64,000 nt of DNA from an uncultured Chloroflexia bacterium. GTDB taxonomy: Bacteria; Chloroflexota; UBA6077; JACCZL01. The notes below the pieces were generated by a model. That model made no database searches. It had not been told where the DNA came from and was given only the letters and a program-made list of their open reading frames with translations. The stretch is from NCBI GenBank assembly GCA_963765765.1, contig CAVXYC010000014.1:128001-192000 (forward strand), read 5' to 3'. Numbering within the stretch: position 1 is the first letter of the stretch; each line of letters opens with the position of its first letter. A program made the translations under genes and the position numbers. Below are positions 10,676 to 23,804 of the stretch, in pieces.

Positions 10676-10993
10676 TCATTGGCAGCGGTGGTTTGCAAGG
10701 AACTGCCGCACCCAGCCGCCCCAGACTTCGCGAGCCGCATCCAATGCGGCAGCCCGATCACCATCCAGGATCAGTGCAGCCACTCTCAAGTCGAAATGCG
10801 CCAGGTGCGGATCCGGAGCCGGCTCAGCCAGGAGTATGAGGAGCTCTGCGTCAGCAAGCTGTCGCAGCGACTCTTCGAGCTCACCCGACGGCCGAAGGGC
10901 CGCCTGGATTTCCGTAACGAAGGCCGCCTTTGGCTCGCGCCGACTCAAAGCATCCAGGACTTGCTGGGCAGCATCGTTGATTGAATACGACAT
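10676..10993 (-). CDS. Hypothetical 105-aa protein, first gene of hydantoinase operon
   Basis: Ends 20 nt before the hydantoinase A start; C-terminus WGGWVRQFLANHRCQ. Confidence 0.7.
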   Translation of the reverse strand: MSYSINDAAQQVLDALSRREPKAAFVTEIQAALRPSGELEESLRQLADAELLILLAEPAPDPHLAHFDLRVAALILDGDRAAALDAAREVWGGWVRQFLANHRCQ

Positions 10994-11066
10994 GGTCACA
11001 GAAGAAAGCACGATCGGGGACGGAGTCTACCGGGTGGCTACTCGAGCGTCAATCGAATAAACATTA

Positions 11067-11258
11067 ATGCACGTAGTGATCGCTTCAGCGATTATTCCCG
11101 AATGCCGGAAGCGAGCGGAGCGATGCGTCCCGTGATCTCGCTCTTGCCACAGAATAGCTACAGTCCACAACGCGAGGCTGCACCGACATCGTAAGCCGCA
11201 AGGGCTTCGCTCGCTCTCAGCATTCGTGAATAATCGCTGAAGCGATCACTACGTGCAT
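11067..11258. repeat. GTAG-type REP-like palindrome
   Basis: ATGCACGTAGTGATCGCTTCAGCGATTATTC ... GAATAATCGCTGAAGCGATCACTACGTGCAT, 31-bp perfect arms. Confidence 0.85.
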
Positions 11259-11301
11259 CAGGCCTATCATCTCCACAAAGCACACAGCTACCCAATGCTT
11301 C

Positions 11302-11327
11302 GGAACCGGAGAGGCCATCAGCGCGTC
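11302..11327 (+). promoter_or_regulatory. ECF-type promoter upstream of FHA-LCP gene
   Basis: GGAAC-N17-CGTC, 30 nt before ATG. Confidence 0.5.
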
Positions 11328-11356
11328 ACATGGTTCAGAGGTCGTGACCAATCACA

Positions 11357-12898
11357 ATGATTCAAGACGCTATTCGGACATTTCAGCTCAAGGCTGAAGG
11401 CCAGCCGCCGGTATCAGTCCATCTGGGCGATGCCCCATTTGGCCTGGGCAGAGACAAAACGAACGGCCTGGTTTTGCCGGATGGCAAGGTGTCTCGCCAA
11501 CACGCTGAGCTGTTGCTGCGGAACGGCATGGCAGTGCTGCGCGATAGAGGAAGCAGCAACGGGACGACGGTGAACGGCGAGCGTATTCAATCAAGGGCTG
11601 AGCGGGTTCTCCGTGACGGTGATGTCCTGGGTATCGGTCCATATCGCCTGGTCTTTCAGGTAGCAGCCTCGCCTCCGCCAGCGCCTGCAACTAGCAACGC
11701 GGTCAGTCCCGCCCCCGCAGACATCGCGCCGAATGAGCGTTCGCCACGCTTTCGGCAGCTCGGTCGGCACATCACCAGGATAGCGCTGGGGGTGATCGCG
11801 ACCGCAATCGTCCTGGGACTCCTCGTGGCTGGCCTGCTGTGGCTACTCTCGCCGCCCTCCGTCTCGGTTCTCATCCTTGGCACCGATGCCCGACCGGCGG
11901 AGCTCGCCGCGGGCGACCGTGGTCGGACCGACACGCTGGTGGCTTACGTGGCGGACCGCGATGCCGGTCGGAACTTGATGATCTCCATCCCACGCGATCT
12001 GTGGGTGCAGACATCGAGCACAACGGCCGGAAAAATCAACACGGCCTATCGAATTGGAGGCGCGAGCGTCGCGAGGCAAGCTGTCAGCGGCTCGCTCGGG
12101 ATTCCCGTCGATCGACACCTGGTCATTGGCCTGCAGGGTGTGCGGGATGTCGTGGATGCATTGGGTGGGATCGATGTGGATGTCGAATCGGCAATCCGTG
12201 ACGATAATTTTCCGACGGACGACTTCGGCACGACGGTGTTTGAGATCTCGGCCGGTCGGCATCACATGGACGGCGAGACGGCACTGCGCTTGGCACGGAC
12301 GCGCTATGCGGACGACGACCTGGCGCGCGTTGGTCGACAGCAGAAAGTACTCACCGGCATCCGCAACGCCGCCACCAATCCGCTCAATGTCTGGCGACTC
12401 CCCGGAACGTTTCTGGCGCTGCAACGCACCACCGAGACGGATATCGGTCCCCGCGAGCTAGCCACCGTTGCGGCGGCGTTTATGCGATCCCCGGGCTCGC
12501 CCGAGCGATTCACGCCCGATTGGAACATGGTGCAGCCCTTCATTTCGCCGCAAGGAGAGGCAGCGCTTCGGCCCCAGCCCGCCTATCGCGATGCACTCGC
12601 TGCGCTGCTCATCGGCCCCAACGCTTCCATTGAGGTGTTGAATGCCAGCGGACGCGATGGCACGGCTCGTCGAGCGGCAGACACGCTCACAGCGCGAGGA
12701 CTTCGTGTGTCAGGCGTTGGTACGGCGGAACGACCGCAAGCAGGATCAATAATCCACGTTCGGCCTGCAAATCGGCTCGCGGGACAATCGCTGGCGTCGC
12801 TCCTGGGGCTGGGGATGGATGCGGTCCGCGATGCGGGCAACCTCCCGTCCAACGTGACCATACGCGTCACACTCGGTTCGGGATACGCGGGCACCTGA
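11357..12898 (+). CDS. FHA domain + TM + LCP (LytR-CpsA-Psr) + LytR_C protein
   Basis: FHA LGRD..VSRQHAEL..DRGSSNGTTVNG; TM; LCP LILGTDAR, GRTDT, ISIPRDLWV, KINTAY, RTRYADDDLARVGRQQ; LytR_C IEVLNASGRDGTA. Confidence 0.9.
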   Translation: MIQDAIRTFQLKAEGQPPVSVHLGDAPFGLGRDKTNGLVLPDGKVSRQHAELLLRNGMAVLRDRGSSNGTTVNGERIQSRAERVLRDGDVLGIGPYRLVFQVAASPPPAPATSNAVSPAPADIAPNERSPRFRQLGRHITRIALGVIATAIVLGLLVAGLLWLLSPPSVSVLILGTDARPAELAAGDRGRTDTLVAYVADRDAGRNLMISIPRDLWVQTSSTTAGKINTAYRIGGASVARQAVSGSLGIPVDRHLVIGLQGVRDVVDALGGIDVDVESAIRDDNFPTDDFGTTVFEISAGRHHMDGETALRLARTRYADDDLARVGRQQKVLTGIRNAATNPLNVWRLPGTFLALQRTTETDIGPRELATVAAAFMRSPGSPERFTPDWNMVQPFISPQGEAALRPQPAYRDALAALLIGPNASIEVLNASGRDGTARRAADTLTARGLRVSGVGTAERPQAGSIIHVRPANRLAGQSLASLLGLGMDAVRDAGNLPSNVTIRVTLGSGYAGT

Positions 12899-13071
12899 CA
12901 CTCCTCCAATCCATTCACGTCCAACAGGACGATGTCTGGATGGTCCGCCTGCAATCGATCCAGGGCCTGTTGCCCATCAATCGCCGCCACGACCGTGTAG
13001 CCCTCGCGGCGAAGTGCGTAGGTCATCAGGTCCACGTGACCCACATCATCATCAACGAGTAGCGCCTTCAT
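12899..13071 (-). pseudogene. Truncated response regulator receiver domain
   Basis: GGAGG RBS, MKALLVDDD..REGYTV..DGQQAL..PDIVLLDVN, then reads into the antisense of the LCP gene. Confidence 0.7.
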
Positions 13072-13363
13072 AATCCATCCTCCTGCTTGTTGGCGGGTCA
13101 GAAGCCCGACGCACCTTTGACGGTGGCTGCATCTGAATTCCAGCGGTCCGATCCCAGTGCCTCGACCGCTTTTCAATGCGGTGTCAACACGAGCAGCTTA
13201 GATGCTTCAGAAGTCACGCGAAATGCCACGGCTGGTTGATTTTTGGTTGACCCGTTGGACGTCATCCGGGGCTACCTGGGATGGGCTACACCAGTAGCAC
13301 TGGCTGGGTGAGTAAGAGTAGTTCATAGGGCCTCAGCTGTCACACTATTGTGCCGACCGACGA

Positions 13364-13412
13364 CTCATTCCGAATGACACAGTGCCCCTCTGAAATTCCG
13401 AGTCGCGACTCC
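13364..13412. repeat. Dispersed ~45-nt motif, copy 2 (copy 1 at 3599-3650)
   Basis: CTCATTCCGAATGACACAGTGCCCCTCTGAAATTCCGAGTCGCGAC. Confidence 0.5.
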
Positions 13413-13489
13413 CTAGGCGTCGGTATCGGGTGCGTCACGACTTAACGAAGTCCAATTCAGCGCAATCGACGCGAAAAATGCCAGACAAA

Positions 13490-13527
13490 ACAAACGAGAC
13501 GGGCCATATATGGCCCGTCTCGTTTGT
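13490..13527 (-). terminator. Hairpin downstream of icd, probable terminator
   Basis: ACAAACGAGACGGGCCA-TATA-TGGCCCGTCTCGTTTGT with T-rich tail on the minus strand. Confidence 0.75.
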
Positions 13528-13595
13528 ATCGTGGCGCGGAAATTATCCCGTCTTCCGAGATTGCGGAGAACGGTGGAATGAATTACAAGCGCGGA

Positions 13596-17190
<3,595 letters not shown>

Positions 17191-17197
17191 GCCTTTG

Positions 17198-17248
17198 CGG
17201 GGTGAGGAATTAAGACCCCCACCCCGTCCCTCCAGGCCAGCCGGGATT
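17198..17248. repeat. Short CCCTCACCCC-family palindrome / terminator-like hairpin after mdh
   Basis: CGGGGTGAGG-N-CCCCACCCCG; related to 51963-51998. Confidence 0.45.
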
Positions 17249-17278
17249 TTCACGGCCTGCATTTATCATTCCTCAGTC

Positions 17279-17443
17279 ATTCCCCACACCAGTGACACTG
17301 TCATCCTGAGGAACGAAGGATCTGGACGGACATCACCACCGCAGTCAGGAAAGATCGAGCACAGGAGGTCCACGCCTCGTTGTGGGCTATGTCCGGTCAG
17401 ATCCTTCGTTCCTCAGGATGACAGTGTCGCTGGTGTCGGGAAT
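17279..17443. repeat. GTCATCCTGAG-type long palindromic element
   Basis: GACACTGTCATCCTGAGGAACGAAGGATCTG ... CAGATCCTTCGTTCCTCAGGATGACAGTGTC with further imperfect pairing. Confidence 0.85.
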
Positions 17444-17505
17444 TGACGTCGGTGAGTAATTCGGCCTAGCTCGTTCCGCCGCTACGCTTTTCAGTAGAGA
17501 CACTC

Positions 17506-19182
17506 ATGGCAATCGGTCAGATCGAAACAGCGCGCTCCAAGGCCCAACCTGGGGCGCTGGAGTTCGGACGATTTGCCCCGGCTTCTCTCGTGCGGCGCGT
17601 TCCGCTCTGGCCCGTCATTATCCTCGCCATCGCAGCAGGCTTCCGATACTGGAACCTTCTCGGCCTGCCGCTCTTCGTCGATGAATCGCTCTGGCTGCGT
17701 TGGGCGACTAATCCCTACGAATATCTGCCACGCGGCGCCGGCCCGCTCCAGGTGCTTCGGGTCTCGCTGATCGGCGATGTCAACCCGCCACTGCTCCACT
17801 GGGTTCTGCTCGCAGTCCTGCCCTGGAGCGATCAACCAATTCTGGCGGCCCGGTCAGTCGCGGCTACGTTCGGGGTACTGGCAACGCTCGGAACGTACCT
17901 ACTTGGCACGGAGCTTTTCGGCCGCAAAGTTGGCATCGTCGCCGGGCTGGTTCACGCGATCCTGCCGCTGGCGGTCTTTTTCGATCGCATCATTCACTAT
18001 GACGCCCTCACGGCGGCCTGCGTGGTCTACACCGCCTGGCTGTCTGCCCGGCTGGCGCGACGCCCTTCCCTGTCCGCCGCGGTCATATTAGGGATCGTGC
18101 TCGCCTCCGCAATAATCGCCAACCCTCGTGGCGCAACGATCCTGCCCGCCCCGGCCCTGGCCGTTCTTCTTCTTCGCGGCCGAACGCCATTGCGCCGTTA
18201 TCTTCCATCGGTTGGCGTGGTTTATGTCGTGACCGCGCTTCTAGCACCTTTGAGCTTCGTTGGCGTTCCGCTGGAAGGAATCGCTGACAAGATACTTCCG
18301 TTTGCGCTTGCGCCCGGCGAAGTTATGGAATCGCCCACCGCGCTCTGGGACAGAAACATTGCCCGCATCATCACCTGGATCGATGTGTACATAGGGCTGG
18401 ACCTGCTGAAATTGGCGGGCTTGGGCGCGACCGTGATGCTCATCCGGCGGCCCGGCGCTGGCCTGTATGTTCTCCTACTCTGGCTCGGACTTGTCTTGCC
18501 GTTCATCGTGGGCGGGCGGCTGATCTTCAGCCGCTACCTCGCCGTTTCCGCATTCCCACCATCCATCGCTATCGCTGCGCTGGTCGTGGCCATGGCTTGG
18601 ATTCCGGGTGCCATAGCACGACGTATGAACCTTCGACCGAAGCGACCGGCGGCCATCGTCGGAGCGATCCTAGGGGCGGTACTTCTTGTGGTGGCGATTG
18701 CACCTGCCATCCAGGCTTCCTCAAGCATGGTCTTGAATCCCTTGCGGGCCCACCTTCCTGAGTCCGACTGGGCCCAGTATCAATCCGGGTGGTACTCAGG
18801 TGTAGGCGTACCGGATGCCGCAGAGTTTCTCATCGGCGCCAGTCGCTCCGCACCGATTATTGTCTTGCGAGAGGACGGAATGCCCGGCTCGGGCGTTCAC
18901 TTCTATTCCTATCACATGCCGAATCTCAGGCACGTGATAGAGCCGGGCCTGGCGTTCAATCGCGATAACTCAATCCAACGAGTCCGCCGCTGGCTGGATG
19001 AATCACCCAACGTCTATTTCGTCGCGACCGAGGACCTGTCCGGCCAGCAGCCTAGCCGATCACGCCGACTCGACGAAGCCCTTCGAAGCTTCCCTGATCT
19101 GCAGAGGGTAGCGAAGTTCCCGTCACCGGATGAGAAAAGCCAAGTATCTGTCTTCAAGGTCGAGCCGAGAGCGCGGGGATGA
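17506..19182 (+). CDS. GT-C fold membrane glycosyltransferase (GT39/ArnT/PMT_2-like)
   Basis: FVDE acidic motif after TM1, NPPLLHW, ARSVAATFG, ELFGRKVGIVAGL, many TM helices. Confidence 0.85.
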   Translation: MAIGQIETARSKAQPGALEFGRFAPASLVRRVPLWPVIILAIAAGFRYWNLLGLPLFVDESLWLRWATNPYEYLPRGAGPLQVLRVSLIGDVNPPLLHWVLLAVLPWSDQPILAARSVAATFGVLATLGTYLLGTELFGRKVGIVAGLVHAILPLAVFFDRIIHYDALTAACVVYTAWLSARLARRPSLSAAVILGIVLASAIIANPRGATILPAPALAVLLLRGRTPLRRYLPSVGVVYVVTALLAPLSFVGVPLEGIADKILPFALAPGEVMESPTALWDRNIARIITWIDVYIGLDLLKLAGLGATVMLIRRPGAGLYVLLLWLGLVLPFIVGGRLIFSRYLAVSAFPPSIAIAALVVAMAWIPGAIARRMNLRPKRPAAIVGAILGAVLLVVAIAPAIQASSSMVLNPLRAHLPESDWAQYQSGWYSGVGVPDAAEFLIGASRSAPIIVLREDGMPGSGVHFYSYHMPNLRHVIEPGLAFNRDNSIQRVRRWLDESPNVYFVATEDLSGQQPSRSRRLDEALRSFPDLQRVAKFPSPDEKSQVSVFKVEPRARG

Positions 19183-19257
19183 ATCGTCTGACACCGCAAT
19201 GGGACTAGCGTAGCTCGGAAACGGTCACTTGTCTGGCTGCCTGCGAACCAGGTGCAT

Positions 19258-19408
19258 GTAGTGAGTGCTTCAGCGCTTTTTCACGACCGCTGCTAGCGAG
19301 CGCAGCGATGCGACGAGCGACATCAGGGCCACACCGTCCGTCTGGGCGGTCGCGGGCCGCGTCGCTCGCTTGTCGCCATCGCCAAAAAAGCGCTGAAGCA
19401 CTCACTAC
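19258..19408. repeat. GTAG-type REP-like palindrome, same family as 11067-11258
   Basis: GTAGTGAGTGCTTCAGCGCTTTTT ... AAAAAGCGCTGAAGCACTCACTAC. Confidence 0.85.
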
Positions 19409-19458
19409 GAGCCTCGCGGTGTCCGCCCCTGAGCCGTGCTCGAAGAGGATGACAAATC

Positions 19459-20159
19459 TCAGAGCGGTCTGAACCCCAATCCTTCGGCAGCTTCCACGCT
19501 GATGAAACATATGTCCGGCGCCGTAGCCGCGTACTGCGGATGGCTAGGTGGGACGTACCGTAACCCGCCCACGCCGACAGCCTTCACAGGATGACTCTCG
19601 GGACAGTTCTGCCGATCCAACGGCGGCACGCGTGCATCGGCGGCGGCGCCAGAAGGCGACGGAGGCCCTCCTGATGAGATTGGCAGCGGGCTCACACGGA
19701 TCTCCACGGCTGTCACCGGCGAGAGAAACTCGGCCGCGATCCAACCGGCCGCCCCAGATTCTGTTCGGACTTCACGCCACGTGGTGCCGCTGACATCGCG
19801 ACCGGGGTCAACGAGGTCTACAAGCGTTCCTTCTGGCACAAGCTCAATTCGTTCGCCCTGGACGTTGGGCTCCGCACGTAGGTTGGCGCCGGCCCCACCC
19901 GTGTTGCCGACTCGAAGTCGCTGGAGCGGAGGCGGACCAGTCTCTTCAGCGGGAGGAGGAGCTGGACTTGCAGCGGCAGAAGGTGATGGTGCCGGGGAGC
20001 TTGCCACCAACACTGTCGCGCTGGGGGATGGAGCAACCTGCGCCTGAGGAGACGGGGGTGGCGCACTGGGCGTCACAGTGGATGCCCCACCGCACGCGGT
20101 GAGCAAGAATGATGCGACGGCAATTTGAGCGGCGCGCGCGACGCGGCCCGAAAGGCGGA
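19459..20159 (-). CDS. SH3b-domain lipoprotein, in frame with yitJ in this sequence
   Basis: Hydrophobic stretch + lipobox LTAC (Cys at 20092-20094), Pro/Ser linker, SH3b GANLRAEP..WREV..GWIAAEFL, C-terminal CPESHPVKA..PDICF; start uncertain. Confidence 0.7.
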
Positions 20160-22032
20160 CTACGACGAGATTCCTCCGCCGGCGAGGCTCACGGGCCAGG
20201 ACACTGACAAGCTCAGCCACCATCTCGTATCGACCGAATGAGGGCATGAAGTACACGCCATCAGCATGGTGCTGGGCGGCGGACAGAAACTCCTGCGCCT
20301 GTAGGATGCCTTCCTGAATGCCGCGCTCGCCGGCCAATCGCATACGCTCGCGAACTGCATCCGGAATGGTCACGCCAGGAAGCTCGTTATGCAAAAACTC
20401 AGTGTGCTTGTGGCTCTGGAGCGGCATGACACCCAGGATGAATGGAATCGGAATCTTCCCCACGCGATTCAGAAAGTCCATGAGCTGATCCATATCGTAG
20501 AGTGGCTGCGACATGGCGAAATTAGCTCCGGCTTCGATTTTCTGATGAAAGCGGTCGAGCTCGAGCTCAAGATCTTCAGCAATGGGATTCACCGCGCAGG
20601 CGATCTGGAACGTGGACGGCTGCCCAATAGAATTGCCGGCCCAGTCAACACCCTGATTGAGCTGCTTCAAGACCTTCACCAGGCCGATCGAATCCACGTC
20701 CCAAACGCCTGTGGCGTTGGGATACTGCCCCATGCGCGGCGGATCACCGGTGAGGGCAAGGATGTGTCGAATACCGAGCGCGTGAGCTCCAAGGAGCTCG
20801 GATTGCAACGCCATGAGATTACGATCGCGCGTGGTGAAATGGATGATCGTTTCCAACCCCACGCGGCTCTGGATAAGTAGTGCCAGAGCGATGCAGCTCA
20901 TCCGCACGCGCGCCATGGGGCTATCGCCGATGTTGATGCAGTCCACGCCAACGTCGCGCAAAAGCGCAGCGCCCTCCAGAATCTTGGTGGGATTGAGCCC
21001 CTTCGGCGGATCCAGCTCCACGCTGACGACAAACTCACCGCGGGCCAGCTTGCGCGACCAGTTGGTGGGAGCCTCGGCCTCTTCCTCTTCCCACGAGAAA
21101 TCAGCTGGCGTGATAATCATCGGCTTGAGCGGTTTGGCCGTTTGCCGCGGCGCCGCGGACCCCATGGACGTCCGCATCGCGGCGATGTGAGCCGGTGTGG
21201 TGCCACAGCAACCGCCAATGACGCTGACACCCGCCTCAACGAATCGCGTGGCGTAATCGCCAAAGTATTCAGGCGTGGAGAAGTAGAAGAATCTACCGTC
21301 GCGCCGGGCTGGGAAGCCCGCGTTCGGCTGAACCACCAGCTTTACGTGCTCAGCAGCGTCCATCTGCTGGATGACGTCGAGCGCCAGATGCGGGCCGACT
21401 CCGCAGTTCACGCCCACCGCCGCGACACCCAGGTCGGCCAGCGCACGCACGACTTCAGGCGGCGACTCGCCGTTGAGCGTGCGACAATCATCGGTAAATG
21501 TCATCTCGGCGATGATTGGCAGCGTGCTGGCCTGCTGTGCCGCCAGGATTGCCTCGCGCAGCTCATTGAGCGCCGAAAACGTCTCGAGGATAAGAAGGTC
21601 GGCGCCCGCTTCGAGGAGCGCATCAATCTGCTCCCGAAACGCCGTGCGCGCGTCGCGCAGGGTGACCTGGCCAACGGGGCCGAGATCTTGACCAACGGGC
21701 CCCACAGAACCGGCCAGGAACACCGGCAGGCCCGACTCTTCACGCGCCTCGCGAGCGATCTTGACGGCTCGGAAATTGATATCGCGGACCTTGTCTTCCA
21801 AGCCGTACTGAGCAAGCTTGTAGCGATTAGCACCGTACGTGTTCGTCTGAACAATCTCGGCGCCAGCCTGGATGTAATCGCGGTGAATCCGCTGAACCAG
21901 GTCGGGCTCACTGAGGCACAACTCATCGAAGCAGCGCTGATATGGGATACCGTGAGAATAGAGGGCAGTACCCATCGCGCCATCGCAGAGGACCGAGCCC
22001 TTCTGAATACGTTCTATTACGGGATTGATCAT
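20160..22032 (-). CDS. yitJ: Bifunctional homocysteine S-methyltransferase / methylenetetrahydrofolate reductase
   Basis: DGAMGT, TNTYGAN, GVNCGVGP, PNAGFP, IGGCCGTTP; MTHFR part SVELDPPKG, DSPMARVRM, TRDRNL, LTGDPP. Confidence 0.92.
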
Positions 22033-22131
22033 GGTGGGAATAACCTGGCGAGCCGTGCGCTACAGCAGAGAAAAAGAGCTGGCGACTTTGACTGCCACCC
22101 GCTTATAGCATACTGAGGTAATGTCCCCAAG

Positions 22132-23677
22132 GTGCTGGCACGGCCGGTGAACAGATGTGGCATCAGATTGGAGTCCGAGACTGAGCTGGTATACATCCGA
22201 ACCGTGAGCAGACATCGTTTAACGCGCTTCTACGCTCAGCATCCAGACGCCACGATCCTGGCGATCTTGCTAACGATAGGCGCGCTCATTCGTCTTGCAT
22301 TCCTGTTCCGATCACCAGTCTTCTACGTGGGCAGTGATAGTCAGACTTATCTGCTGCCAGCCTACGAGCTACTCCGCGAAGGCGATTGGGATCTGGGCAA
22401 TCGCCGCCCGCCGCTTTACTCTCTATTCCTTGCGGCTGTCATGGCGCTCTTTGGCGAAGACACCCGAGCGATCAGCTTTGTTCAACATCTACTTGGACTG
22501 GCGACCATCCCGGCAGCCTATGCCGTCGGCCGAATGGCATCGAACCGGGCTGTCGGAGCAATCGCCGGAGCGAGCGTGGCGCTGTCAGGTCCACTATTGG
22601 TTTACGAGCATTATGTAATGTCTGAAGCGTTGTTCACGCTCATCGTGACACTCAGCGCACTCGCTTGCTTCCGGTTGCGGAGCAATGCCACCGCGATGGC
22701 AGCAGTGATCTGCGGCGTCATGATTGGCCTGGGATGGCTCACGCGACCGGCCGGTCTGTTACTGCTCCCGATGATTCCCCTGGCGCTGGTAGGTCAGGTT
22801 CCATTCCGCAAACTCATGGGGCTTAGTTTGGTCTCACTTGGCGGACTCGCGCTCGTTGCTGTGCCGTGGATGATCACGCTCATGGCTCTTTATGGCTCGC
22901 CTTCAGTGACCGGAATTGGCAACAACTTGATGTGGCGAGTGACCCGCAACGACGTGGTCTTAATTGGTCCTCGCGATAATTTTCAGTCGAGCGAAAACGA
23001 TCCGCAAGCAGCCGCCAAGCGATACGCGCTCGGCCAGGCAGCCAGGAAAGAGCTGCCGGACGACATAGCCGACGGGCTGGAGCGACGGTTTGGGCTTACC
23101 GATCAGCAGTCAGACCGCGTGCTGGCGGATGTCGGCGTTGTCCATCATCGCGGCAAAACCCATGCTGTACCTGCGAACCACAGCGGAGATCACGGCAGAT
23201 CTGTTCGTAGGAACCGAGCAGTATCTCGGCGGCCAGGGGAAAGAGGGCGGCGTGGATCGCTTCTCGAATCCACAGGAGAAGTACCAGAGCTGGTGGAATG
23301 AGAAGGTCCGCCATATTCCCCAGCCGCCACTCGCAACCGAAGCAGCCGAGTTCGGGCACGCCCGCACGATTGCCGGATTCCTACAGCCGTACAAGCTCGC
23401 CACACCTCTCGCTGTTCTGGGATTGATCGCGCTTATCGCCGGTATTGTGGCTCGACAATATCGCGGCGCCCTGATCCTGGGTATTGCGATTTTGGCTGGT
23501 CTGCTTGGCGCCGCGGCGCTGTCTGGCGCCACGCCGCGCTTTCGTTATCCGTACGACCCAATGATCTGGACGTTGGCAGGAATGGGCGCCGTCGTGGTCG
23601 TGGATCTACTTAGGCGTCTGGCGAGCTTGCGCTTTTCGACGCGTAGGGCCGCCTCGGGCAATATTCCCGCTTCGTAG
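22132..23677 (+). CDS. GT-C fold membrane glycosyltransferase (GT39-like), frameshift near 23130
   Basis: DSQTY, RPPLYSLFLA, QHLLG, MSEALF, WLTRP; C-terminal RFRYPYDP in second ORF; true start may be GTG 22204. Confidence 0.8.
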
Positions 23678-23692
23678 AACGCAGTTGCGCGA

Positions 23693-23804
23693 AGCGCCTT
23701 GGAGTGCGGCGTATAGGAGCACCGCTTTGGATGAGACCCCAAATCTCGTGCAAATGTCGCGAGAAGTGAAAGCGGCGCTCCCGCACGCCGCACTCCAAGG
23801 CGCT
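23693..23804. repeat. TTGGAGTGCGG-type palindromic element
   Basis: AGCGCCTTGGAGTGCGGCGT ... ACGCCGCACTCCAAGGCGCT; right end overlaps the GH63 stop. Confidence 0.85.
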
